Part shown: positions 17,861 through 28,079 of the stretch, piece after piece | Position numbering within the stretch: position 1 is the first letter of the stretch | Layout: every line of letters starts with the position of its first letter | NCBI GenBank assembly: GCA_964402035.1 | Contig: CAYOAM010000003.1 | Span: 86,480 to 150,479, forward strand | Direction of reading: 5' to 3' | Origin: an uncultured Candidatus Saccharibacteria bacterium | GTDB taxonomy: Bacteria > Patescibacteriota > Minisyncoccia > Phycocordibacterales > UBA918 | DNA: 64,000 nt | Notes under the pieces: model-generated | Database searches by the model: none | The model's input: the letters and a program-made list of their open reading frames with translations, nothing else | Told to the model about the DNA's origin: nothing | Position numbers and translations under genes: made by a program

Positions 17861-18097
17861 ATGATGATGCCGATAATGCCGCACTGCTCAGGTCCGTATA
17901 CATGCAGAGAGGGGACGACTTGCCCATGCTGCAAGAACGCGGCGGAACTTGATGCATTTTTGAAAGAGCATCTCGGTCCCACCCAATACGAAGCCTTTAC
18001 AGCACTTGTCGCAACAGGATTTGTGCTATCTCTCAAACGTGACGGCCTCTACACCTTGGGTGATCCCAGAATATCGATAACTTCACCTACGCGGTGA
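17861..18097 (+). CDS. Small Cys-rich hypothetical protein
   Basis: AGGAG SD, HCxxxxxCxxxxxCPCC, followed by a hairpin and T-run. Confidence 0.55.
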   Translation: MMMPIMPHCSGPYTCREGTTCPCCKNAAELDAFLKEHLGPTQYEAFTALVATGFVLSLKRDGLYTLGDPRISITSPTR

Positions 18098-18194
18098 CCG
18101 CCGCGCAATCACAAGATTGCGCGTTTTTTATTTCTTCTCCTACACATCTGCAACTCTCTGAAAAAACCGTATCGATTGCTATACTAAAGCTGTC

Positions 18195-19706
18195 ATGGAA
18201 CTCCTCTTTGCACAAAAGAAGATTGGAATGATCCTGTTGGGTATTTTTGCTGTTTTCCTCGTGGGATTTTTTGGAAAAACATATCTATTTCCCGCTAAAG
18301 ACATGCGCGAGACGGCCACTGTCACTCGTGGCACAGTATCTCAAATCGTGTCAGTGTCGGGCACAGTGCGGACGCCGAACACCGCGACGCTTGGCTTCCC
18401 CACAACAGGAGTCATCAGCGACATATCAGTCAAAGAAGGCGACTTGGTTAAAAAAGGACAAGTACTTGCGACACTAAAGCAGTCAGGACCACTTGCTGAA
18501 TACAACGATGCATTAGCAGGACTCACGAGCGCAGAAGCTACCCGCGACGAAATGGTTGCAGGACCCCGCCAAGAAGCACGCACACTCACCGACGCTGCTA
18601 TCAATAACGCAGAAGCAGAGCTTGCACGTGTCACAAAAAAACAAGATGAAATCATCGAAAATGCATTGCATACGCTGTACTCTTCGGATCTTGCCGCAAA
18701 ACCAGTACAGGGCACAAACAATGACGACGTCCCACTGGTGACCGGCACCTATACGTGCACTAAAGCACAAACATATCGGTTTGTAGTCTATCCATCCAAT
18801 GCCTATTCGGGGTATTCATACAAAGTATTGGAAGGTGACGCCCTCATAACCGAAAATGCCGTAGCGGAAACCGCACAGCCGTTTGGAAGTTGCGGACTCT
18901 TTATACAATTTGTCATGGGCGCTCGCTATAACCGTGGCGAATGGCAGATCTCCATACCAAATACTGAAGGCGCGAGTTACACCGCAAATCAGAACGCCTA
19001 CACACTGGCACAAAAAGAGAGAGAAAATGTTATCGCGCGGGCAAAAGACGACCTGGACCTCGCACGCAAGGAAGCGACACTCGACAATGCTGCACCTCGC
19101 GCAGAAGCACTCTCCCGCGCGAGCGCTGACATAGCGAAGGCCCAAGCAAAACTCAAGGCAGCCGAAGCAAGAATTGCTGACTTTACCATACGTGCACCAT
19201 TCGACGGTATCGTAAGCGCAGTCGACATAGTGCCGGGTGAAATCAACAATGCAAGCAAAGGGATCATCATGACTGCAAACGACACCTACGAATTAAAAAT
19301 CCGCATACCAGAGATTGAAATTACGCACATCAAGGTTGGTAATACCGCAGTCGCTTCATTTGACGCAAAAGCTGAAGAGCTCATACCGGCAACTATTTCT
19401 TTCATTTCCCCGCTCCCCACACTCATAGATGGCGTTTCATACTTTGAAGCTTTTCTCACCATCAACACCATACCGCCCTGGATGCGAACAGGACTCAATG
19501 CTGATGTTGACATCACCACAGCAGCAACTCCCAACACCCTCATGCTGCCAAAACGATTTATCAAAACAGACGGAAATGTGCACGCTGTACTTATAATCGA
19601 AAATGGAAAGGAGGTTGAAAAAAATATTGAACTAGGTATTGCTGGGAATGACGGCTTTGTTGAGGTGCAAGGCGTCCCAGAAGGAACAGTGGTAATCGCA
19701 CCCTAA
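18195..19706 (+). CDS. Efflux periplasmic adaptor subunit (MacA/HlyD family)
   Basis: TM anchor, lipoyl-like half motifs (VKEGDLVKKGQVLA; IRAPFDGIV), coiled-coil hairpin. Confidence 0.88.
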   Translation: MELLFAQKKIGMILLGIFAVFLVGFFGKTYLFPAKDMRETATVTRGTVSQIVSVSGTVRTPNTATLGFPTTGVISDISVKEGDLVKKGQVLATLKQSGPLAEYNDALAGLTSAEATRDEMVAGPRQEARTLTDAAINNAEAELARVTKKQDEIIENALHTLYSSDLAAKPVQGTNNDDVPLVTGTYTCTKAQTYRFVVYPSNAYSGYSYKVLEGDALITENAVAETAQPFGSCGLFIQFVMGARYNRGEWQISIPNTEGASYTANQNAYTLAQKERENVIARAKDDLDLARKEATLDNAAPRAEALSRASADIAKAQAKLKAAEARIADFTIRAPFDGIVSAVDIVPGEINNASKGIIMTANDTYELKIRIPEIEITHIKVGNTAVASFDAKAEELIPATISFISPLPTLIDGVSYFEAFLTINTIPPWMRTGLNADVDITTAATPNTLMLPKRFIKTDGNVHAVLIIENGKEVEKNIELGIAGNDGFVEVQGVPEGTVVIAP

Positions 19707-19708
19707 CT

Positions 19709-20953
19709 ATGCGCAGTCTTCGTATCGGCCTCCTGTTGGGAATTCGCCAAATACAACGTGCAAACAAATGGGCTACGCTCTTAATTGTGTTTGTGTTGAT
19801 GCTTACCTTTCTTAACCTTGTTGCGGTCTCCGGCATCCTCGTTGGCCTCATTGAAGGGGCGGTGCGCGCAGTCAAAGAACAATCACTCGGTGACATAGTG
19901 ATTTCTCCATTGGCAGCAGAGGATCGCATCTTGGAAACTGAGCGCATTGTGCGCGAACTTGAGACATTTGGAGAAATCGAATCGTTTACCCCTCGATACA
20001 AAGATGGTGCAACTATCGAAGCAAATTACAAAGAACGGCGCGACTTGCGAGCCGAACGCGATATTGCAAACGTCAATGTCACCGGTATCGATACGGCACG
20101 CGAAGCACAAGCGACCGACCTTCCAGGCAACTTGATTGAAGGAGAATACCTTGCGCCCGATGATCAGGGCCAGATCTTGATCGGTAAATATTATATTGAT
20201 CGGTACGCAGAACAGTTTACCGATATCTTTGACTCCCTCGAAAATATCTACCCTGGCGATACCGTGCGCGTGACCGCTGGCAACACGAGCAAAGAATTTA
20301 TCGTCAAAGGCATCATCGATTCAAAAGTCGATGAAGTATCACTCAATACCTATATACCGGAACGTGAATTCAGGCGACTCTTTGCTCGCGACGACCACAA
20401 CGCGGACCAAATCGCGGTTTTTCTAAAGACGGGATCCGATGCTGAAAAGATGCGCACGACCCTACTTTCTGGAGGTCTTGGATCGCTCGCAAAAATTGAG
20501 ACATTTGAAGAAGCGCAGCCAAAATTTATCACCGATATCAAAAACACATTCGACGTCTTGGGAACCTTCATCGGCTCGATCGGCATCGTCGTCGCGTCGA
20601 TCACTATTTTCATCATTATTTTTATCAATGCCCTTTCCCGCAGACGTCAGATTGGTATCTTAAAAGCGGTGGGAATCGAACGTACGGTGATCGAGATCGC
20701 CTATGTCACTCAAGCGGCGTTTTACGCATTGACCGGATCAACATTGGGTATGCTCCTCACTTTTTTAGTGCTCGTCCCCTACTTTGATCGAAACCCAATC
20801 AGTTTTCCATTTTCAGACGGCATACTACTCGTGGAGTTTGGCGGCGCCATGATCCGCTTTGGTGTACTCTTTTTTGTGACACTGCTTGCAGGTTTTATTC
20901 CCGCATGGTTAATAGTCCGACAGAACACCTTAAACGCCATTTTGGGACGATAA
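19709..20953 (+). CDS. ABC transporter permease (MacB/FtsX family)
   Basis: TM1, large periplasmic domain, RRRQIGILKAVG, three C-terminal TMs. Confidence 0.9.
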   Translation: MRSLRIGLLLGIRQIQRANKWATLLIVFVLMLTFLNLVAVSGILVGLIEGAVRAVKEQSLGDIVISPLAAEDRILETERIVRELETFGEIESFTPRYKDGATIEANYKERRDLRAERDIANVNVTGIDTAREAQATDLPGNLIEGEYLAPDDQGQILIGKYYIDRYAEQFTDIFDSLENIYPGDTVRVTAGNTSKEFIVKGIIDSKVDEVSLNTYIPEREFRRLFARDDHNADQIAVFLKTGSDAEKMRTTLLSGGLGSLAKIETFEEAQPKFITDIKNTFDVLGTFIGSIGIVVASITIFIIIFINALSRRRQIGILKAVGIERTVIEIAYVTQAAFYALTGSTLGMLLTFLVLVPYFDRNPISFPFSDGILLVEFGGAMIRFGVLFFVTLLAGFIPAWLIVRQNTLNAILGR

Positions 20954-21113
20954 ACATGCAAAAGTATCTCATCTACTTCGTTGGGCGCTGCGGTACTCCT
21001 TCACCATATACATATAAGGCTCGGTTCATTCCTCGCACCCGCCTCGTATCTGAAACACTTTTGCACGTTTATACTATACTTTGTACATTCGATATTTTGG
21101 AAAATTTCTGACT

Positions 21114-21788
21114 ATGATCACCGCAAAAAACATCACAAGGACATTCACGACTGGTACTATTGAGACCAAGGTCTTAAAAGGTATTGATGTATCGATCGAG
21201 ACCGGAGAATTTGTCGCTATTATGGGAAAGTCTGGCGCGGGCAAATCGACTCTGCTCTATCAACTTTCTCTCCTCGACGAACCCACATCGGGCACGATAT
21301 CGATCGACAACATTGATGTCCTTGCACTTTCTGAAAGTGAAAAGACGACGTTCAGGCTGCACACCCTTGGTTTTATTTTTCAAGACTATGCTCTTCTTCC
21401 TGATCTTTCTGCGCGCGAAAATGTGATGGTGCCACTCTTGATGCGCGGTCTCTCGTGGAGTGAAGCACAAACAATGGCTGAAAAAGCACTCACGAGCGTT
21501 GGTCTCGGGCACCGGTATGACAATCTTCCAAACCAGCTTTCGGGCGGCGAGCAACAACGCGCATCGATAGCCCGCGCTGTTGCAGGGAAACCAAAAATCC
21601 TGTTTGCCGATGAACCGACAGCAAACCTCGATACGATTTCAGGCAACCAAGTCATAGACCTCTTGGGCGCACTTCACAAAGAAGGTCAAACGATCGTGAT
21701 GGTGACCCACGAACTAGAGTACACAAAACACTGCAACCGCATAATCAGCATGGAAGATGGGTTGGTCGTGAGTGACACAAGACAGTAG
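21114..21788 (+). CDS. ABC transporter ATP-binding protein (LolD/MacB-like)
   Basis: GKSGAGKST, LSGGEQQR, ADEPTANLD, VTH. Confidence 0.95.
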   Translation: MITAKNITRTFTTGTIETKVLKGIDVSIETGEFVAIMGKSGAGKSTLLYQLSLLDEPTSGTISIDNIDVLALSESEKTTFRLHTLGFIFQDYALLPDLSARENVMVPLLMRGLSWSEAQTMAEKALTSVGLGHRYDNLPNQLSGGEQQRASIARAVAGKPKILFADEPTANLDTISGNQVIDLLGALHKEGQTIVMVTHELEYTKHCNRIISMEDGLVVSDTRQ

Positions 21789-21851
21789 CGAAACAATTGC
21801 AAAATACAATCTCACCTGCTACTCTGCTCGCAGAAACAACAGGAGTAACCG

Positions 21852-22166
21852 ATGCAGAAAATAGCAGGCAGCTATCCCAGATTGACGCTGTCTCTCATGG
21901 TTGCGTTCTGGCCATTAACATGGGTACTAGCAGCATGTACCCGCAAGCAAACTGAACACACCACAAATGCTGAAATTGTCTTGGTGCTGATCGGTCTTGG
22001 ACTGCTGGTGACCAGCATCATTGGATTCGGAGGATCACTTTTCTTCGAACCATCAGACAGACTCTATACGATAGGGCTCGCGGCACTTGAATGGTATGCG
22101 ATCTACTGTACCGTGCTCTTTTTATGCGCACTTGACCGCGACAGTACAAACCGCCGAGCACCCTAG
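21852..22166 (+). CDS. Hypothetical membrane protein
   Basis: AGGAG SD, three TM segments, stop codon at the centre of a palindrome. Confidence 0.65.
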   Translation: MQKIAGSYPRLTLSLMVAFWPLTWVLAACTRKQTEHTTNAEIVLVLIGLGLLVTSIIGFGGSLFFEPSDRLYTIGLAALEWYAIYCTVLFLCALDRDSTNRRAP

Positions 22167-22181
22167 GGTGCTCGGCGGTTT
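22148..22181. terminator. Perfect 34-bp palindrome, bidirectional terminator
   Basis: AAACCGCCGAGCACCCT|AGGGTGCTCGGCGGTTT followed by a T-run. Confidence 0.85.
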
Positions 22182-22199
22182 TTTCTTTTTTAAAGTTGA

Positions 22200-24272
22200 T
22201 TAAATTGATTCGTGGAGGGTGGTTGCCAGTTCTTTGCTAGGATCCGCAAGATTCATCGGATCTTTTTCTCGCACCTTGATGCCATGTTCACGCAAAAGGT
22301 CTTCATACTCTTTCCGTTCAAGAGTTTCAACCTTGAGGAGTCGCTGCGCAATCGCATCAAATGCCGTACGGTTAGTGGTCAATATGTTTCGTGCTTTTTC
22401 ATACGCCTCATCGATCATACGCTTTACCTCCGCATCAATAGACTCAGAAACTTTTTCAGAAAATTCTTGACCATCAACACCAGAACCAAATAGTGCACGG
22501 CCGCCAGCTCCCTCAAGTGCCATCGGACCGATCTTGTCGCTCATGCCGTACTTTGTGACCATGTCACGCGCAAGTGCGGTCAATACCTGGAGGTCATTTG
22601 AAGGACCTGTCGTCACGTCGTCAAAGATAATTTTTTCGGCTGCATACCCACCAAGAGATACCGCAATGTCATCAAGGAACTCTTTGCGAGACTGCATGCG
22701 GCGGTCTTCAAACGGTAGCTTGAGCGTATACCCCGCAGCGCGTCCACGAGAAACAATAGAGATTTTGTGCACAGGATCAGCAAACGGCAACATCGAAGAG
22801 ATGAGTGCGTGCCCAGCCTCATGGTACGCCGTGACTTCACGCTCTTTCTTTGAGAGGAGGTGTGATCTGCGCTCAGGACCAAGCATCACTTTTTCGATTG
22901 AACGGATCAAATCAAATTGCGATACTTTCTTGCGGTTTTCACGCGCAGCAAGGATTGCTCCCTCATTCATGAGCGAATAGAGATCAGCTCCTGAAAAACC
23001 TGGCGTGCGCTCCGCGATAACATTGAGATCCACATCTTCGGCAAACGGTTTCTTGCGGCTATGAATTTTCAAAATTTCCAATCGATCATTGCGATCGGGA
23101 TTATCAATGACTACACGTCGGTCAAAACGTCCTGGACGAAGCAGTGCAGGATCAAGAACATCCGGTCTGTTTGTTGCCGCAAGAACGATCACCTTTTCAT
23201 TGGGTTCAAAACCATCCATCTCAACCAAGATCTGGTTTAGGGTCTGCTCGCGCTCGTCGTTGCCACCACCCACACCTGTACCACGCACCCGTCCCACTGC
23301 ATCTATTTCATCAACAAAGATGATCGCAGGTGCTGCTTTTTTCGCCATGCGAAACAGATCACGCACACGAGACGCTCCCACCCCCACAAACATCTCGACA
23401 AACTCTGATCCTGAAATTGAGAAAAACGGCACACCAGCTTCGCCCGCGACCGCGCGCGCAAGGAGTGTCTTTCCGGTACCTGGAGCTCCCATGAGCAGCA
23501 CACCCTTCGGTATCTGCGCGCCAATATCGAGAAATTTCTTTGGATTTTTTAGAAAGTCGACAATCTCTTTGAGTTCTTCTTTTGCCTCCTTTGCACCCGC
23601 CACATCTTTGAAGGTCACTTTTTGACTCTGGTCATTGGGGTCTATAATACGCGCCTTCGACATACCAAAATTGAGCGCCTGTACACCAGCGCCTTTCACC
23701 TGACGCAAAAAGAACCATGCGAGGAAACCAAGCAAGATCAATGGGAAAAGAAACGGAGCAAGTGTTAAAAGCCAATATCGTGCTCCCGTTTGATCCTTGA
23801 CTTCAATCGTCACAGTCGCCAACTGTTCACCCGTCACACCATAGTTGCTCATCGTCTCAGTGAGCGCCGCATCAGACTCTTTCTTTGATTCTCCAACCGT
23901 CTTTCCTTCTTCTTTATAGGCAATCTCCAGCGCATTGCCACGAACCGTAATAGTCTTTACCTCCCCCTTCTTCACTTGTTCAGCGAGCACTGAAAGTGCC
24001 ACTTCGTCTTTCTTTTCGGTACTACTCGCAATAAACGAGTATGCCGTCGAGAGGAGGAGCAAGATCACAATCGTCGTCAAAAGGTTATTCCAAAACTGCC
24101 CGGGTCCAAGCGGGATATTGTGGTGAAAACCACCACCTTCTGGTTTTCGTGCTGGAGGGACATCCGGAATCTCCTGCTTTAGGAGCGCAGCCTCTTCATT
24201 GTGAGCAGAATGTGGCTCATTCCCTTGTTTTTTTTCCCGCTCAACATCCTTACTAAATGTGTAATATGGCAT
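22200..24272 (-). CDS. ftsH: ATP-dependent zinc metalloprotease FtsH
   Basis: Two TMs, [19 protein letters not shown] motif, HEAGH; start uncertain (TATAAT 9 nt before ATG 24272). Confidence 0.96.
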   Translation of the reverse strand: MPYYTFSKDVEREKKQGNEPHSAHNEEAALLKQEIPDVPPARKPEGGGFHHNIPLGPGQFWNNLLTTIVILLLLSTAYSFIASSTEKKDEVALSVLAEQVKKGEVKTITVRGNALEIAYKEEGKTVGESKKESDAALTETMSNYGVTGEQLATVTIEVKDQTGARYWLLTLAPFLFPLILLGFLAWFFLRQVKGAGVQALNFGMSKARIIDPNDQSQKVTFKDVAGAKEAKEELKEIVDFLKNPKKFLDIGAQIPKGVLLMGAPGTGKTLLARAVAGEAGVPFFSISGSEFVEMFVGVGASRVRDLFRMAKKAAPAIIFVDEIDAVGRVRGTGVGGGNDEREQTLNQILVEMDGFEPNEKVIVLAATNRPDVLDPALLRPGRFDRRVVIDNPDRNDRLEILKIHSRKKPFAEDVDLNVIAERTPGFSGADLYSLMNEGAILAARENRKKVSQFDLIRSIEKVMLGPERRSHLLSKKEREVTAYHEAGHALISSMLPFADPVHKISIVSRGRAAGYTLKLPFEDRRMQSRKEFLDDIAVSLGGYAAEKIIFDDVTTGPSNDLQVLTALARDMVTKYGMSDKIGPMALEGAGGRALFGSGVDGQEFSEKVSESIDAEVKRMIDEAYEKARNILTTNRTAFDAIAQRLLKVETLERKEYEDLLREHGIKVREKDPMNLADPSKELATTLHESI

Positions 24273-24410
24273 AGTGGGGTCATTATACAGAAAATGAACA
24301 TAAATGCGAGCAAAATCAATAGTGACAAACACCGTCCAAGGTTTCCAAGGTCCAGCCTTGGAATCCGCCTATGACCCTTTGCACAAAAATGAGGTATAGT
24401 TTTAGTGTCT

Positions 24411-24866
24411 ATGAACAAACCGATCTACCACAGCCGCGCACGGTACGACTATGAAATCCTTGAGACTTTTGAGGCTGGGATGGTGCTGTCTGGCCAGGAA
24501 GTGAAGTCTGTTCGCACGGGCAAAATAAAGCTTGAGGGGGGCTTTGTCATCGTGCGTGGCGGCGAGGCATTTTTGGTCGGTGTGTCTATCCATCCCTATC
24601 AGCCGGGCAATACGCCAAAAGAGTATGAACCCGACCACGCACGAAAGCTCCTTTTGACCAAAAAACAGCTAGAAACCTTATCTGCGCAGGGTGAAAAGAA
24701 AGGATTGACAATAGTGCCACTTATGGTGTATAATAAAGGGCGGAATTTGAAGATCCAGGTAGGTGTTGCGCGCGGCAAAAAGGAGTATGACAAGCGCGAA
24801 AGGACCAAGGAGCGCGAGACTGACCGTACGATCGAACGCACCATCAAACGCAGTATCGGGAGGTAG
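24411..24866 (+). CDS. smpB: SsrA-binding protein
   Basis: EAGMVLSGQEVKSVR, RKLLL, GKKEYDKRE; adjacent to tmRNA. Confidence 0.96.
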   Translation: MNKPIYHSRARYDYEILETFEAGMVLSGQEVKSVRTGKIKLEGGFVIVRGGEAFLVGVSIHPYQPGNTPKEYEPDHARKLLLTKKQLETLSAQGEKKGLTIVPLMVYNKGRNLKIQVGVARGKKEYDKRERTKERETDRTIERTIKRSIGR

Positions 24867-24988
24867 AAAGCTTCCCCACTCCACAACGTCTATACTAGTA
24901 TTGCGTTCTTTGAAAACTCAAAAGCAAAAACTCTACTGACTTAGAGTCAGTCGTTCCGCTTGAGCATGTTTACGAAAGTATGCTTCAG

Positions 24989-25389
24989 GGGGATGATCGG
25001 CTTAGACGGTTAGTGAGTATGTATGTGTGCAGTGTGAGAGCCTCTCGAATCTCTCTAAAAAATCGAGAAAATTCACGTGCTAAAACTGCTGTGAAATCTC
25101 CATACTTTAGCGGTATGGAGCTCGCCTACGCCTAAGCGTTTACGCTTTTCGCGTCGCGACGCGGACATGTCTGACACCCACTACGGCGTGTTCGTGTCAT
25201 ATTAGTTGGGTTATAAGGTACTACGTCGTTTCAGTGCACCTTGAATCAAAGAAACTCGGCACATAGTGATTTCGCTTACTTCAAACACTATGGACTTAAA
25301 TCTTCTTCGGAGGAATGAAAGTATCCTAGACACCGTAGATGCACATACATCCACTTCCTCGGACGGGGGTTCGACTCCTCCCATCTCCA
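24989..25389 (+). ncRNA. ssrA: tmRNA
   Basis: GGGGATG/CATCTCC acceptor with G3-U70, GGTTCGACTCC T-arm, tag ORF 25079-25135 (AKTAVKSPYFSGMELAYA*), downstream of smpB. Confidence 0.93.
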
Positions 25390-25426
25390 CAGATAACGCA
25401 ATCCGCCCTTTGGGCGGTTTTTGCGT

Positions 25427-25729
25427 TCTGTGGAGTGGAGAAAGCAAATAGTTTTGCTTTCGTGAGGAGTCGAAAGTCGTAGCTAACTCACTTCCGCCTA
25501 TAAGCGGAAGTGAGTGCGAGACGTGGTCAAGAGCACTTAGTACACATGCGGAGCATGTTACTTAGTGACTCGTGACCGACACCGCCGTCCAAGAATCTTA
25601 GTGCAATCAAACGTAGTATTGATGTGCACTTAGAATTCTGGGGATCACTCCTCCCATCTCCACAAAATGAAAACCGCCTTCGGGCGGATTTTCTATTTTG
25701 GGAATATGAAAACATGCTGGGAGTATGTT
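25427..25729 (+). repeat. tmRNA 3'-associated element (antisense 3' end, hairpins, duplicated 3' end, second terminator)
   Basis: ACTCCTCCCATCTCCACA at 25374-25391 and 25647-25664; GAGGAGTCGAA at 25464-25474 is antisense to the T-arm. Confidence 0.85.
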
Positions 25730-25767
25730 TGGTGAAGTTGCAAAATAATTGTTTATATGGCATAATA

Positions 25768-26427
25768 ATGCCCGTTTTTGTTCCAACCCAAACATTGAGG
25801 TTTGCCGTGGATATTTCATCTATCTTTAGACATGGGAGCGGCTGTACTCCCATCAACCCCTGTATATCCTGTCAGGGCGTAGCGTTCCTTAGACGTGAAC
25901 TTGGGGAAGCAAAATTCTCTGAATTCGTGAATATATTCTCGTGCGCGACAGAAGAGACTCGACCGCCAGCTGCGCCAGATTTTTCACTTGCAACATCTGT
26001 CCATGCTCTCGGACTTAAAAGGAGAACACTCAATTGTCTTGTGGGCCACGGTGTACGCACGGTCAGTGACATACTTCCTCTGTCAGCGGCGCAATTGCTG
26101 CGTATCCCCGGCATGGGCCAGGTCTCCCTAGAAGATTTGGAGATGCAGCTACAGAGTCGGGGGTTGCGTATCGTTGAATTCTCTATTCCACAAACCTCAT
26201 TGGATACAGAAATCTCGCAGCTGGATTTTGATCAGATGGCACATGGCTCAAGTGTGACACAGTACCTCAATAAATCGGGAGTAATGACCCTTGGAGATCT
26301 GCAAAGAAAGACTAGGGGGGAGCTGCTGCTAATACCTGGTATTGGCCCTGCCGCCATAAAAAAAATAGAACAAAGACTAAGGGAAAGAAACTTAAGTCTA
26401 AGGAAGTTTACGCACCAAAGACCGTAG
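25768..26427 (+). CDS. Protein with two RNA polymerase alpha-CTD-like (HhH) domains
   Basis: LGLKRRTLNCLVGHGVRTVSDI...LLRIPGMGQVSLEDLE and YLNKSGVMTLGDL...LLLIPGIGPAAIKKIE; start uncertain. Confidence 0.75.
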   Translation: MPVFVPTQTLRFAVDISSIFRHGSGCTPINPCISCQGVAFLRRELGEAKFSEFVNIFSCATEETRPPAAPDFSLATSVHALGLKRRTLNCLVGHGVRTVSDILPLSAAQLLRIPGMGQVSLEDLEMQLQSRGLRIVEFSIPQTSLDTEISQLDFDQMAHGSSVTQYLNKSGVMTLGDLQRKTRGELLLIPGIGPAAIKKIEQRLRERNLSLRKFTHQRP

Positions 26428-26621
26428 CGGCTTACCCACAGAGGATATCGGCAAACATTTGCAGTCTCTCCTCCGGCAACAACGCCTTGGTCCAGAAGTA
26501 TAGAACTTCACGCATCACGTGTGTGAAGTGTTTTTATTTTGGATGTAATTTTGTATGTATGTAACAAATTTGCCATTTGCAACGTCATATAGAATGGACA
26601 ACTGATCTTTGAGGGGAAATC

Positions 26622-26741
26622 ATGAAACTTCTTGTAACTTTCTGCGCATTGGTCAGCATTGCAGCGGGATTGCTTGGCCCATTCGCAGTACATACAGGCA
26701 AACTTCCCTTTCTCCACCCCAACACTTTCAACTCTCGATAA
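26622..26741 (+). CDS. 39-aa small membrane protein (below the ORF-track cutoff)
   Basis: GAGGGG SD; MKLLVTFCALVSIAAGLLGPFAVHTGKLPFLHPNTFNSR*; hairpin overlapping the stop. Confidence 0.5.
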   Translation: MKLLVTFCALVSIAAGLLGPFAVHTGKLPFLHPNTFNSR

Positions 26742-26807
26742 GTGTTGGGGATTTTTTATGTTCACAGAAAAAATGAGCGTCATTTCTTTCTGTGCCATAC
26801 TTAGGGT

Positions 26808-27566
26808 ATGCGACGCGTCAAAGACTTTTTCGAGAAAGGTACGGTGGGCGGCATTGCCCTTGCCGTAAGCGCTCTGTTTGGCCTCCTTGCTGCAGCAAGC
26901 TTGCTTGCGGTTCCTATCATGACCAAACCGGTCGCCAGCATGCTGCTTGAGCCACGAGAAGGTGTTGCCGCTGTCGGAGATACCTTTGAAGTACAGATAC
27001 TGGTCGCATCAAGTATACCCGTCAATGTGTTCAGCGGTACCCTCACCTTTGACCCCTTGGTACTCTCAATTGAAAAAATTGACTACAACACTTCGGTTGC
27101 TGATCTGTGGGCCGAAAAGCCATGGTACAGCAATGGTGATGGGACCCTCACCTTTATCGGCGGCACCACACGACCCGGTGGATTTACGGGGAGTGAGCAG
27201 CTTATCACGGTGACCTTCAAGACCAACACTACGGGTGCTGGCCTACTTACACTCTACGACGCGCGCATCTTACAACATGATGGGCTCGGGACCGATGCCG
27301 AGCTCCACAAACCTATCGACGCACTGTTTACCGTTGAAGATCCAACGTTGGTTAAAGATGCACTCAAAGTTTCTGAGGGTCCACGAGCAGACTATCGGGT
27401 TGTAAAAGAGCTCCCCTCAACCGACCTCAATCATGATGGAAAACATGGCATTGCTGATATCAGTATTTTCTTGCTCAATGTCGGGTCAGATAATCCTATT
27501 TATGACTTCAATCAAGACGGATCCGTCGACACTGGCGACCTAAGCATTATCGTGAGTGCACACTAA
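26808..27566 (+). CDS. Cohesin-like domain protein with C-terminal dockerin/EF-hand-like pair
   Basis: VGDTFEVQI...LTFDP..L.I, DLNHDGKHGIADISI and DFNQDGSVDTGDLSI. Confidence 0.75.
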   Translation: MRRVKDFFEKGTVGGIALAVSALFGLLAAASLLAVPIMTKPVASMLLEPREGVAAVGDTFEVQILVASSIPVNVFSGTLTFDPLVLSIEKIDYNTSVADLWAEKPWYSNGDGTLTFIGGTTRPGGFTGSEQLITVTFKTNTTGAGLLTLYDARILQHDGLGTDAELHKPIDALFTVEDPTLVKDALKVSEGPRADYRVVKELPSTDLNHDGKHGIADISIFLLNVGSDNPIYDFNQDGSVDTGDLSIIVSAH

Positions 27567-27639
27567 ATTATCGCCCTACCCCTTGTTTCAAATACCGCAC
27601 AATTTGCTACACTAGATCTACTACCCATTAATTTCCCAT

Positions 27640-28017
27640 ATGCCAGAAAAAGCAAAAATACTGATTGTTGATGATGCAAAGGACCTCAGTGATGCCATTG
27701 GTGATATTTTGCAGTTTAAAGGCTATCAGACTATAGTCGCGCACGACGGCGCGAGCGCCATCACGATCGCACTTGAAGAACATCCTGACCTTATCCTACT
27801 CGATCTTCGTATGCCGGGACTAACCGGTTTTGATGTCATTCGAAAACTCCACGAAGATGATTGGGGAAAGACCGTCAAGATACTCATGCTCACCGCCGTA
27901 GATCGCGTTGATGAAATCCCTGCTGATATCGATATCAAACCTGAAGACTATCTCATGAAATCACGCTGGGGAATCGACAATATTGCACAGCGGATCGAAA
28001 AGAAGCTTGCTGAATAA
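27640..28017 (+). CDS. Response regulator receiver protein
   Basis: ILIVDD, LLDLRMP, MLT, YLMK. Confidence 0.92.
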   Translation: MPEKAKILIVDDAKDLSDAIGDILQFKGYQTIVAHDGASAITIALEEHPDLILLDLRMPGLTGFDVIRKLHEDDWGKTVKILMLTAVDRVDEIPADIDIKPEDYLMKSRWGIDNIAQRIEKKLAE

Positions 28018-28029
28018 CTAGAACATCTT

Positions 28030-28068
28030 AAAAACCCCGCGAGTGCCCTGGGCACTCGCGGGGTTTTT
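28030..28068. terminator. Bidirectional terminator
   Basis: AAAAACCCCGCGAGTGCCCTGGGCACTCGCGGGGTTTTT. Confidence 0.85.
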
Positions 28069-28079
28069 GTTTTTTATTG

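Noticed and set aside
20905-21163. Short ORFs between the ABC permease and ATPase genes
   Set aside because: Two competing frames, no SD or motif; cannot be supported.
25211-25856. ORFs 25211..25447, 25266..25451, 25527..25856 and 25607..25819
   Set aside because: They overlap tmRNA and its downstream hairpin element, with no protein motifs.
26508-26868. ORFs 26508..26798 and 26659..26868
   Set aside because: No motifs or SD. The 39-aa SD-led ORF explains the region better.
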